Positions 10,202-18,743 of a DNA stretch of 64,000 nucleotides are shown in pieces. The first letter of the stretch is position 1. Every line of letters starts with the position of its first letter. Source of the stretch: Armatimonadota bacterium (GTDB lineage: Bacteria; Armatimonadota; Fimbriimonadia; Fimbriimonadales; GBS-DC); contig JBBIJY010000006.1 of NCBI GenBank assembly GCA_037445735.1, positions 1 to 64,000 of the forward strand, in the 5' to 3' direction. The notes under the pieces are model-generated. The model saw nothing but the letters and a program-made list of their open reading frames with translations, had not been told where the DNA came from and ran no database searches. The translations under genes were made by a program, and so were the position numbers.

Positions 10202-12937
10202 ATGGGCAGGCAAATGGTTGGGAACGGCTGCGCGGCGGCAATCGCCCTCGCGCTAACAGGCTTGGTGCACGCTCAAAGCATCGGTCATCTGGGCAACGCG
10301 CGCGGGGACACGACCCCCCTGATCGACCCGATGCGCCCCGTTATGGAGATCGGGCAGACCTACGCTGTGTTGCAATACTTTACGACCACGCCGTGCGAGA
10401 CACGGGTGCAGCTCCGTGCCAGCAATCTACCCGCGACCGCATGGCGCCCGCCAGAGCGCCGGCAGAACCTCTGGCAGGGGCGCGATGTGCGGGTGGTACA
10501 GGGCGAGCCGGGCAGGCGCACCTATCACCGCATCCGCATCGAGGGTCTCAAGCCCGGCACGCGCTACTACTATCGGGTGTATGATCCGGGCACAACACCA
10601 ACCCGCGAGGAGCGTAAATGGGGCGCGGAGCCGCCCTGGCGACGCGAGTACGCCTTCGCCACGCTCGCCCCGCGCGGCTACAAAACCATCGTCCATTTGC
10701 CCGTTAAGGTGTTGATTATGCCGAATGTGGTGAATGTCGCCTCGGCCTATGCTGATCCGAACAACCCAGCGCCGCCTCCACCCGCGCTCACGCCTGAACA
10801 GATCGAGCGCATCAGGCAGGAGTACGCGATTGCCGCCCGCTACTTCTGGGTCAATAGCGGCATGCGCCTGTGGGTGGATTTCCATATTTTTGTCGATGAT
10901 CGCTGGCAGCGGTGGGGCGAGGAGCCGCCGAACGCGCAGGGCTTCTATAAAGGGCTGCCGGTCTGCCGCAGCTACGCGGGCGTCGACTTCGCGGGTCCTG
11001 GCGGCGGCGCGTTCACCATCCTGGATACGCGCGATCCCCAGCGCACCAATCACCAGCCCGTCTACGAGGAGATGCCCTACGCGGGTCAGATCGAGCAGGC
11101 GTTCCCCCGTCGCTGGGATGCTCAAAAGCGCGAGTGGGTTTTTTATGCCAGTGGGGGTGGCACCTTCGGCGTGGACGGCTTCCCGGATGGCATCCCTGCC
11201 CGCTCGCAGTTTCTGGGCGGCGGCGACACCGCATGGCTTGTCACGCACGAGTTCCATCACCAGCTGGAATCGTACAGCGGATTCTCGCTCAACAACCGTG
11301 AAGATGACCGCATCGTGTTTAACCATCCCGAACCGCGCTATCGGCGAACCAACCCTGATGGCTCTATTTCGATGAACCCGTGGAACACGGCGGGGCGACA
11401 CGGCGAACACTGGAATGTGATGGCGTACTGGGATCGGACATTGACCGATGCGCAGTGGCTGCGCTTCTATTTCGGCGAGGCGATTACCGTGCGCGATTCG
11501 GATGGCGACGGCTTTCCCGATGACGATCCGCGCCTGCCGCTGGATGAGAAGCGGTTCGGCACGGATCCGCGCCGCGCGATGACCGACGGGCAGCTGAACG
11601 ACCTGCGCAAGGCGATGCTGAGCAGCTGGGCGCCCGCGCCCCTGCAGTTCACCTTCAACAAGCCGCCGTTTCAGGCGTACCGCCCCGACCCACGCCGCCC
11701 TGACAGCGACCGCGACGGTCTGCCCGACGCGATAGACCCCTATCCGCTCTATCCGTGGCAGCCGTTCGTGAGCTACATGCGCGCCACCATCGACGGCGTC
11801 GACGACGAGTGGACGGCACTCCCACCCGCTGGCGAGCGATTATGGCAGGGAGAAAACCCCTCACCCCAACCCTCTCCCCAGCGGGGAGAGGGGGTTTCTT
11901 CTGCCCTCTCCCCCAGAGGGGGAGAGGGTACGGGTGAGGGGGTACTCTCCCCTCTCCCGCAGCGTGGGAGAGGGGACGGGGGTGAGGGTCTGAAACTCAC
12001 CTTCAAACACGCGCACGATGACGACGCCTATTACGGCTGTTTCCGCATCACGGGCGACTGGAGCCGACTCTATGTGGTGCTGGATGGCGAGGGGCGCGGC
12101 GTGTTCTCGGGCGAGGGCGTGGTCGGCTTCGAAGTGCTGAACGGCGCGCAGATCGAACTGCGCCCCACAGGCTGGGGCGCACCGGGTATCCAGTGGAAAG
12201 CCACACGCCAGCGCGACCGCACCACGATTATCGAGTTCAGCCTGCCCAACGGCGGCGAGGGCAAATGGTACTGGTGGCGTGGCGGGCGTGAGGTCGGCGC
12301 CGCCATCGATGTGTGGGACAGTCAGGGCAGAGGCTACTCGCTGTACGAGCCGTATGACCTGTTCTACTGCCGCATGCTGGAGCCAGTGGGCACGCTGCCA
12401 CCGCCTGCCAGCGCGCCCGCTGAACTCACGCCAGAGCGGGCAACCCGCACCTTCACGCCCAGCAACCCCGGCGAGCTGAAAATCGGCGAGGGCTGGCGCA
12501 CCGAGAACGGCGCATGGGTCTATGACGGGCATCCCGAATCGCTCCTGCTGATTGAGGGTCTGAACGCGCGCGCCTTCGACCTCTGGATGGAGTTCGAAGC
12601 CCAGCAGGACGGTATTCTGGCAGCTTTTTTGCCCACCACCGCCGAGATGAACGCGGGGCGCGACTATGTGGTGTTTGTGGGCGGCTACGGCAACACCATC
12701 ACCCGCTTCCGCCTGTTCGGGCGCGAAGAGGGCGACAGCGAGGTGATGATGTCGCCCGGTCGCCATCGGCTCCAGCTCACACGGCGCGACGGGCAGGTGT
12801 GGGCGCTGTTCGACGGCAAGCCGATTTTGTGGGCGCGCGACCCGAACCCCCAGCAGCGCATCGGGAAGCTCGCCGTGATTGGTGGCTACAGCGGCAAACA
12901 GCGCGTGTACGCGATTCGCTACCGGGTGGACGAATGA
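10202..12937 (+). CDS. Large secreted protein: FN3-like domain, HEXXH zincin-like motif, Ca-binding DxDxDG repeats
   Basis: Signal peptide; IEGLKPGTRYYYRV (FN3-like); THEFHHQLE; DSDGDGFPDDD, DSDRDGLPDAIDPYP; contains in-frame REP insertion. Confidence 0.7.
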   Translation: MGRQMVGNGCAAAIALALTGLVHAQSIGHLGNARGDTTPLIDPMRPVMEIGQTYAVLQYFTTTPCETRVQLRASNLPATAWRPPERRQNLWQGRDVRVVQGEPGRRTYHRIRIEGLKPGTRYYYRVYDPGTTPTREERKWGAEPPWRREYAFATLAPRGYKTIVHLPVKVLIMPNVVNVASAYADPNNPAPPPPALTPEQIERIRQEYAIAARYFWVNSGMRLWVDFHIFVDDRWQRWGEEPPNAQGFYKGLPVCRSYAGVDFAGPGGGAFTILDTRDPQRTNHQPVYEEMPYAGQIEQAFPRRWDAQKREWVFYASGGGTFGVDGFPDGIPARSQFLGGGDTAWLVTHEFHHQLESYSGFSLNNREDDRIVFNHPEPRYRRTNPDGSISMNPWNTAGRHGEHWNVMAYWDRTLTDAQWLRFYFGEAITVRDSDGDGFPDDDPRLPLDEKRFGTDPRRAMTDGQLNDLRKAMLSSWAPAPLQFTFNKPPFQAYRPDPRRPDSDRDGLPDAIDPYPLYPWQPFVSYMRATIDGVDDEWTALPPAGERLWQGENPSPQPSPQRGEGVSSALSPRGGEGTGEGVLSPLPQRGRGDGGEGLKLTFKHAHDDDAYYGCFRITGDWSRLYVVLDGEGRGVFSGEGVVGFEVLNGAQIELRPTGWGAPGIQWKATRQRDRTTIIEFSLPNGGEGKWYWWRGGREVGAAIDVWDSQGRGYSLYEPYDLFYCRMLEPVGTLPPPASAPAELTPERATRTFTPSNPGELKIGEGWRTENGAWVYDGHPESLLLIEGLNARAFDLWMEFEAQQDGILAAFLPTTAEMNAGRDYVVFVGGYGNTITRFRLFGREEGDSEVMMSPGRHRLQLTRRDGQVWALFDGKPILWARDPNPQQRIGKLAVIGGYSGKQRVYAIRYRVDE
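11857..11990. repeat. Cluster of three REP-like hairpins inside a CDS
   Basis: CCCTCTCCCCAGCGGGGAGAGGG, CCCTCTCCCCCAGAGGGGGAGAGGGTACGGGTGAGGGGG, CCCCTCTCCCGCAGCGTGGGAGAGGGG; the middle unit is identical to 15128-15166. Confidence 0.85.
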
Positions 12938-13617
12938 GCCATCGACGCAGCGAGTGGTGGGTCGCGCTGTTAGGCGCGCTGATTCTGGCGTTCCTCTTTT
13001 TCTATAATCGCCAGCCGTACACCGTGTACGCTCTGCACTGGCTGGGTCTGGCGCGTGCGAACGCGCCCCTGCGCAGCTGGGAAGAGTATTTCGTGGTGAA
13101 CAGTGCGCTGCTGCTGTGGCTACCAGTGCTGATTATCGCCTTTGTGGGCAAAGGTGAGCTGAGCCAGTACGGGCTGGCGCGCGGCGATGGCGCGCGCGGC
13201 GCCCTGTTCGCCCTGCTGATGTACCTGCCGATGACGGTCGTGCTGTGGTTCGCCTCGGCACGACCCGACTTCCAGAGCTACTACCCGCTGGATAAGCGCG
13301 TGCTGACCGATACAGCCTACGCCATCTACTTCGAGCTGGCGTACGGCTACTACCTCTTCTGCTGGGAGTTCTTCTTTCGCGGCTTTCTCACTTTTGGGCT
13401 GTACCGCTGGCTGGGCTGGTGGGGTGTGGGGCTGCAGGCGGTCGCGTTCGGCGTGATGCATATCAGCAAGCCCATCCCGGAGCTGATAGGCTCCTTCGCC
13501 GCTGCGCTGATTCTGAGCTGGGTTGCGTTGCGCGTCAAATCGTTCCTGCCTTGCTTCTGGGCGCACTGGGCAGTCTCCATGACGCTCGATCTGATGCTCA
13601 TCTATCGGGCACGCTGA
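12934..13617 (+). CDS. CPBP (CAAX/Abi) family intramembrane metalloprotease
   Basis: WEFFFRG, FGVMH, WAHW motifs; multi-TM; ATG overlaps upstream stop (ATGA). Confidence 0.85.
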   Translation: MSHRRSEWWVALLGALILAFLFFYNRQPYTVYALHWLGLARANAPLRSWEEYFVVNSALLLWLPVLIIAFVGKGELSQYGLARGDGARGALFALLMYLPMTVVLWFASARPDFQSYYPLDKRVLTDTAYAIYFELAYGYYLFCWEFFFRGFLTFGLYRWLGWWGVGLQAVAFGVMHISKPIPELIGSFAAALILSWVALRVKSFLPCFWAHWAVSMTLDLMLIYRAR

Positions 13618-13692
13618 GAGGGAAGCGCACCCCCTTGCAAAACCCTGTAAAGATGGGGTATAATGGAACTACCCTTGGAAAGGAGGCTATCG

Positions 13693-14973
13693 ATGATGAG
13701 GATTGGAACGATTGCAGGGCTTCTGGCGCTCAGCATTGGCGGGAGCGCGCTATGGGCGCAGACCTTCACGCATCTGAAGTCGGTCGATCTGTCGAGCTAC
13801 TTCACCGCGGGCGGTCCGCAGGGCGACACGGTGTCGGATGTCGCCTTCGACGGGCGCAACCTCTATGTGGCGGGTTTTTCGGTCGCCACGACAGCAGACC
13901 CCGTGCCTGTTGGCGTTCTCAAGATCGAGAATGCGTTGCTGCCCCCCGCCAGCTGGAACTATATCCCGCTTGTCTCGCTCACTCAGGCGGCACAGAGCCG
14001 CGTGTCGTATGTCGTCTATAAAGACGGCTACCTCTATCTGGGCACCGGCTTGGGCGATGGCAGTGGCAACCCAGCCCGAACGGGCGTCCGTCGATTCGAT
14101 GCGACCACTGGTGCCTGGGACAGCCTCTGGAACGGCACGGGCGTGGTGATGCCGTCCGATTTGACGCCCGGCACAACCACGCGCATGGAGTGCGTGTCGA
14201 TTGATCCGGGCTATCAGGGCAGTGGTGAGACGCTGGCGATCCTGGCGCGCGGGCGCGGAATCATCTTTCGGCGCGACTTTACGAGTGGTGCAGCCGCCCC
14301 GAACATCCTGTGCGTGCCCACACGCCCCGACAACACCACCACCACTGGCATGCGCGACATCAGCTTCGCGCCGAACGGGGACGCCTACCTGCGAGTGGAC
14401 AACAGCGTCTGGTACGCTCAGCGCACGGGTGCCAATAGCGTGGCAAACAACCGGGCTGATCTCATGCTCGACTTTTCCGCAGATAGCGCGTTTCAGGTGC
14501 AGATTAATGTGCTGTACCTGCCGACTCCTTCTGGCGACCTGCTGCTGTTCAACCGACGCGATGGCAATAACACCTATAAAAAGGTCTTCGTGTATCGGGG
14601 CAGTGGTGCCAGCTGGACGCCCTATCTGGAGCTGACAGGCGACGAGCCACTGCCCGATGGCACGACGCCGAACCCCTTCGCCCGCGATGTGCTTAACTTC
14701 ACCTTCGGCGACGGTCCCGACCCATCGGCGGGCGATGTGAATGTGGATGGCATCGTGGATGATGCCGACCTGCTGGCGGTGCTGTTCGCCTTCGGGCAGC
14801 AGGGGTCAGGGCTGCCCGAAGATGTGAACAACGACGGTACGGTGGACGATGCCGACCTGCTCACGGTGCTGTTCAACTTCGGTTCCAGCCCCACTGCTCG
14901 CTACCTGTTCGTCATCCAGGCGAACTTCGTTGCGGGTGACGACCGCCTCGATATCTACCGCGTGAATCCGTGA
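13693..14973 (+). CDS. Secreted beta-propeller-like protein with near-C-terminal dockerin-like module
   Basis: AGGAGG SD; signal peptide ending ALWA-Q; GDVNVDGIVDDADLLAVLFAFG...DVNNDGTVDDADLLTVLFNFG. Confidence 0.75.
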   Translation: MMRIGTIAGLLALSIGGSALWAQTFTHLKSVDLSSYFTAGGPQGDTVSDVAFDGRNLYVAGFSVATTADPVPVGVLKIENALLPPASWNYIPLVSLTQAAQSRVSYVVYKDGYLYLGTGLGDGSGNPARTGVRRFDATTGAWDSLWNGTGVVMPSDLTPGTTTRMECVSIDPGYQGSGETLAILARGRGIIFRRDFTSGAAAPNILCVPTRPDNTTTTGMRDISFAPNGDAYLRVDNSVWYAQRTGANSVANNRADLMLDFSADSAFQVQINVLYLPTPSGDLLLFNRRDGNNTYKKVFVYRGSGASWTPYLELTGDEPLPDGTTPNPFARDVLNFTFGDGPDPSAGDVNVDGIVDDADLLAVLFAFGQQGSGLPEDVNNDGTVDDADLLTVLFNFGSSPTARYLFVIQANFVAGDDRLDIYRVNP

Positions 14974-14978
14974 GGCGT

Positions 14979-15166
14979 CCCTCACCCCTACCCCTCTCCC
15001 ACGCTGTGGGAGAGGGGGCTGCACAATTCCTCTTCCCCTCTGGGGGAGGGCTGCACAATTCCTCTCCCCCTCTGGGGGAGGGGTCTGCACAATTCCTCTC
15101 CCCCTCTGGGGGAGGGGTCTGCACAATCCCTCTCCCCCAGAGGGGGAGAGGGTACGGGTGAGGGGG
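14979..15166. repeat. BIME-like tandem array of REP hairpins between convergent genes
   Basis: Five CCTCTCCC...GGGAGGGG/GGGAGAGGG hairpins joined by CTGCACAAT linkers at 15019, 15051, 15085, 15119 (period 32-34 bp). Confidence 0.85.
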
Positions 15167-16429
15167 CTAACACCCACTGCCAAAGTCGGACAACACCGTC
15201 AGCAAGTCCGTGTCGTCCACAATACCGTCCTTGTTGATGTCCTCGTGGCGCGTGGAGCCTGTGCCCGGCGTGCCGAACGCGAACAGCACATTCAGCAAGT
15301 CGGCGTCGTCAATACAGCCGTCGCCGTTGGTATCGCCCGTGCGCCAGGTATCCAGCAAGAACGCCTCCTCGCGCCTCGTCGTCGCGTTGTAGCCCCAGCC
15401 CACGATGTACCGCCCGTCAGGGCTGATGGCGATGGCGGTATCCAGATACGAGCCGCCCGTGAGCAGGCTGGCATAGGTCTGGTTCAGGTCTTCCATCCCG
15501 CCTGCTGGTGTCCAGCGAAAGGCGCGATACTGAATGCGGGCGTTGGTTGCCCAGCCCACCACCACCGCGCCGTCCGCCGAGACACCAGAAGCCGCGCTAT
15601 GCCAGCCGCCCAGCGTGCCCAGATCCTGCATCCCGCCAGCCGCTGTCCAGCGAAAGGCACGATACTGATCGCTGGCGTTGTGTGCCCAGCCGACCACCAC
15701 TGAGCCATCCGCCGAGACACCATTAGCCCCGCTCTCAGCGCCGCCGAGCGTGCCGAGGTCTTGCATTCCTGTTGCCTGCGTCCAGCGAAAAGCGCGAAAA
15801 TCACCGCTGGCATCATATCCCTCACCAACGATCACCGCGCCGTCCGCCGAGACGCCAGAAGCCCAGCTCCAATTGCCGCCAAGCGTGTTGGGGATTTCTT
15901 GCATCCCCGTCGCCTGCGCCCAGCGAAAGGCGCGAGCAAAACCGCTGGCGTCTTGTGCCTCGCCCACGACCACCGCGCCATCCGCTGAAACGCCATTAGC
16001 CATGCTCCAATAGCCGCCGGGTAGCGTGCCGAGGTCTTGCATTCCTGTTGCCTGCGTCCAGCGAAAGGCGCGATACTGATCGCTGGCGTTGTGTGCCCAG
16101 CCGACCACCACTGAGCCATCCGCCGAGACACCATTAGCCCCGCTCTCAGCGCCGCCGAGCGTGCCGAGGTCTTGCATTCCTGTTGCCTGCGTCCAGCGAA
16201 AGGCGCGATAGTCATATTCGTAATACTCATACTTGTTGGGGTACCAATAGGCGCAACTGCCGACCACCACTGTGCCGTCCGCTGAAACACCACCAGCAAA
16301 GCTAGCATAGTAGCCTGGTAGCGTGCCTAACCAGGTCAAACTCTGCGACCAGCCTGATGCGGTCGCCACTACCGACAACACCATCGCGCCAAGAAGCGCG
16401 TATGCCCGCTTGAATGTCCACCCTCTCAT
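15167..16429 (-). CDS. Secreted HAF-type repeat protein with C-terminal dockerin-like module
   Basis: Repeats YRAFRWT.A.GMQDLGTLGG..S.A.GVSADG.VVVG; C-terminus GDTNGDGCIDDADLLNVLFAFG...DINKDGIVDDTDLL. Confidence 0.85.
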   Translation of the reverse strand: MRGWTFKRAYALLGAMVLSVVATASGWSQSLTWLGTLPGYYASFAGGVSADGTVVVGSCAYWYPNKYEYYEYDYRAFRWTQATGMQDLGTLGGAESGANGVSADGSVVVGWAHNASDQYRAFRWTQATGMQDLGTLPGGYWSMANGVSADGAVVVGEAQDASGFARAFRWAQATGMQEIPNTLGGNWSWASGVSADGAVIVGEGYDASGDFRAFRWTQATGMQDLGTLGGAESGANGVSADGSVVVGWAHNASDQYRAFRWTAAGGMQDLGTLGGWHSAASGVSADGAVVVGWATNARIQYRAFRWTPAGGMEDLNQTYASLLTGGSYLDTAIAISPDGRYIVGWGYNATTRREEAFLLDTWRTGDTNGDGCIDDADLLNVLFAFGTPGTGSTRHEDINKDGIVDDTDLLTVLSDFGSGC

Positions 16430-16568
16430 CGGTCTACGCCCTCCATTCGTTTGGTCTGCCCTGCGCCCGTCGGGGGCACAGGCTACTCTATTATAGCCCA
16501 TTTTCGCCGTTTGTTAATGGGTCAGGAGGCTGTTCGAAAATTTGGGGCAGCTAAAGCCGTGCCTGTAC

Positions 16569-16729
16569 AAACGAAGCCGACCGTCGTCGGCTTCATAGCC
16601 AGCGCAGGCTGGCTTCGTTGATTGAGTGCCGTTGCGATATGCTTTCAGCATGGGTGTCTATGGACTGCGGAAGCGCAACTTCCGCACCACCTTTGCCCAT
16701 CGCTGAAGCTGCGCTTCAGCACTCCACAT
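16569..16729. repeat. Intergenic palindrome cluster (other REP-like families)
   Basis: GAAGCCGAC-CGTC-GTCGGCTTC; AGCCAGCGCAGGCTGGCT; TGCGGAAG-CGCAA-CTTCCGCA; GCTGAAGC-TGC-GCTTCAGC-ACTCC, the last repeated at 43186-43213. Confidence 0.65.
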
Positions 16730-16812
16730 TAGAAAATACAATGCAACGGTACTTAACAGAGCGCGTGGTCGGACCCTGCGCGGGCGACGGTGGCGGGGTA
16801 GGGCGCGCGGGG

Positions 16813-16888
16813 GTAGGGACACACCGCCGTGCGCCCCTACGGGTTGGCGCGGAATGCAGGGCAGGGGCGCACGGCGGTGCGCCCCTAC
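16813..16888. repeat. Two GTAG-type REP palindromes
   Basis: GTAGGGACACACCGCCGTGCGCCCCTAC (16813-16840) and GCAGGGGCGCACGGCGGTGCGCCCCTAC (16861-16888). Confidence 0.75.
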
Positions 16889-16910
16889 GGCTGTGGGTAT
16901 ACTCTATGCT

Positions 16911-18695
16911 ATGCGATACCTTCGCCCGTGGCGACTGCGCACGGCACTCAAGCGGCGGCGTCGCGCCCGCCTCGACCTCTCGAATCCGGCGCACCTGCTG
17001 GACGAGCTGGAACGCAAGGAGCGCGAGCTGCAGGCGGCGCAGGACTACATCCGCCGACTGGAGGCTCGGCTCGCCGATCGCGAAGCGGAAATCGAAGCGC
17101 TGAATCGGATCAGCGAAGCCACCGGCACCGCCCTCGCCTCCGAAGAGATGCTCCAGTCGATCGCCGAAATCGCCATGCGCATCACCGAGACCGAAATCTG
17201 CCATATTTTCCTGTTCGATGAGAATCGCGAGGAGCTGGTGCTGCGTGCCGCCACTGGCGATGATCGCCGGTTCGTCGGCGAGATTCGGCTCAAGCTGGGT
17301 GAGGGCATCGTCGGCTGGGTCGCCCGCGAGCGACGCCCCGTCGCCGTGCCCCGCCAGGCGTACAAAGACCACCGCTTCAAACTCTATCCCCAGCTCAACG
17401 AGGAGCAGTACGAGAGCATGCTCGCGGTGCCGCTGATCGGCAATAACGAGGTGATTGGCGTCATCAGCGTGCGCACGCGCAAGCCCAAAGCGTACAAGCA
17501 GGAACAGATTCGCCTGCTGTCGGGCATCGCCAGCCACCTCGCTGGCGCGCTCAAGCAGCTGAGCCGTATCGAGCAGCTGGAGCGCCAGGCGCATCAGGTC
17601 GCCACCCTCTCCGAAATCAGTCGCACGCTCACGGGCAACCTCTATCTGGAGGAGGTGCTGCAGCTGCTGGTCAACATGACCGCCCAGACGCTCGGCTACA
17701 AGGTCGTCACGGTGATGCTGTTAGATGAGGAGCGGGGCGAACTCATGCTGAAGGCGACGCAAGCCGACAGCGAGGAGTATCGCCAGAAACCGCCCCTGCG
17801 CGTGGGGGAAAGCATCGCTGGACGCGCCGTCGCCGAGAACCGTATTCTGGTCATCCCCGATGTGCAGGCGCACCCCGAATACCGATTCCCCGATATTGCC
17901 AAGCGCGCGGGGCTGCACTCGATGGTGTGCGTGCCCCTGCGCGTGCGCGAGCGCGTGATCGGCACGCTCAACTGCTATACCGACCGCCCCCACCTGTTCA
18001 CCGATGAGGAGCTGCGCACGCTCGAAGCGGTCGCCAACCACGCCGCGCTCGCCATCGACCACGCCAAGCTGATGGTGCGCAGCGCCATCCTGCAGGAGAT
18101 GCACCACCGCGTCAAGAACAATCTCCAGCAAATCGCCAGCCTGTTGCGCCTGCAGATGCACTACTCGCGGTATAAAACCGTCGAGGAGGTGATTCAGGAC
18201 AGCCTCAGCCGCATTCTGGCGATTGCGCAGGTGCATGAACTGCTCTCGCGCGAGGACCTGGACATGGTGAGCCTGCGCAAAATCGCCTCCAGCATCCTGC
18301 ACAACACGAAGCAGGCGCTCGTGCCGCCTGGCAAGCAGGTGCGCAGCAGCGTGGAGGGCGACGATGTGCTGCTGCCGTTGCAACAGGCGACCGCCGTCGC
18401 GCTCATTCTGAACGAACTCATCCAGAACGCTATCGAGCATGGCTTCAAAGAGCGCGACACGGGTCGGATCGATGTGCGCGTGCAGAACACCAACGGCGAG
18501 GTGCTGCTGGAGGTGAGCAACGATGGCGAGCCACTGCCACCCGATTTTGACCCTGTACGCAGCCCCACACTGGGTCTGCGCATCATCGATAACCTGGCGC
18601 GAGGCACCCTGCGCGGGCGCTTCCAGCTCCGCAACAGCGACGGCCGCATCGTCGCCACCGTGCTGTTCCCCCGACCCGCCGCTGAAACCGCTTAA
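16911..18695 (+). CDS. Soluble sensor histidine kinase, 2xGAF + HisKA_2 + HATPase (PdtaS/EutW-like)
   Basis: GEGIVGWVA (GAF1), GESIAGRAV (GAF2), QEMHHRVKNNLQ, NELIQNAIEHG, NDG, LGLRII; no TM segment. Confidence 0.9.
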   Translation: MRYLRPWRLRTALKRRRRARLDLSNPAHLLDELERKERELQAAQDYIRRLEARLADREAEIEALNRISEATGTALASEEMLQSIAEIAMRITETEICHIFLFDENREELVLRAATGDDRRFVGEIRLKLGEGIVGWVARERRPVAVPRQAYKDHRFKLYPQLNEEQYESMLAVPLIGNNEVIGVISVRTRKPKAYKQEQIRLLSGIASHLAGALKQLSRIEQLERQAHQVATLSEISRTLTGNLYLEEVLQLLVNMTAQTLGYKVVTVMLLDEERGELMLKATQADSEEYRQKPPLRVGESIAGRAVAENRILVIPDVQAHPEYRFPDIAKRAGLHSMVCVPLRVRERVIGTLNCYTDRPHLFTDEELRTLEAVANHAALAIDHAKLMVRSAILQEMHHRVKNNLQQIASLLRLQMHYSRYKTVEEVIQDSLSRILAIAQVHELLSREDLDMVSLRKIASSILHNTKQALVPPGKQVRSSVEGDDVLLPLQQATAVALILNELIQNAIEHGFKERDTGRIDVRVQNTNGEVLLEVSNDGEPLPPDFDPVRSPTLGLRIIDNLARGTLRGRFQLRNSDGRIVATVLFPRPAAETA

Positions 18696-18743
18696 AGCAG
18701 GAATCGCCCTCGCCAGCGGATAAAATAAGCAACGGGTGAAACC

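Noticed and set aside
15019-15127. CRISPR array (32-34-bp periodicity)
   Set aside because: Units are contiguous with no unique spacers, belong to a dispersed REP family, and no cas genes are present.
15660-16201. Diversity-generating retroelement TR/VR pair
   Set aside because: Copies are identical with no adenine-specific mismatches, both are coding, and there is no reverse transcriptase.
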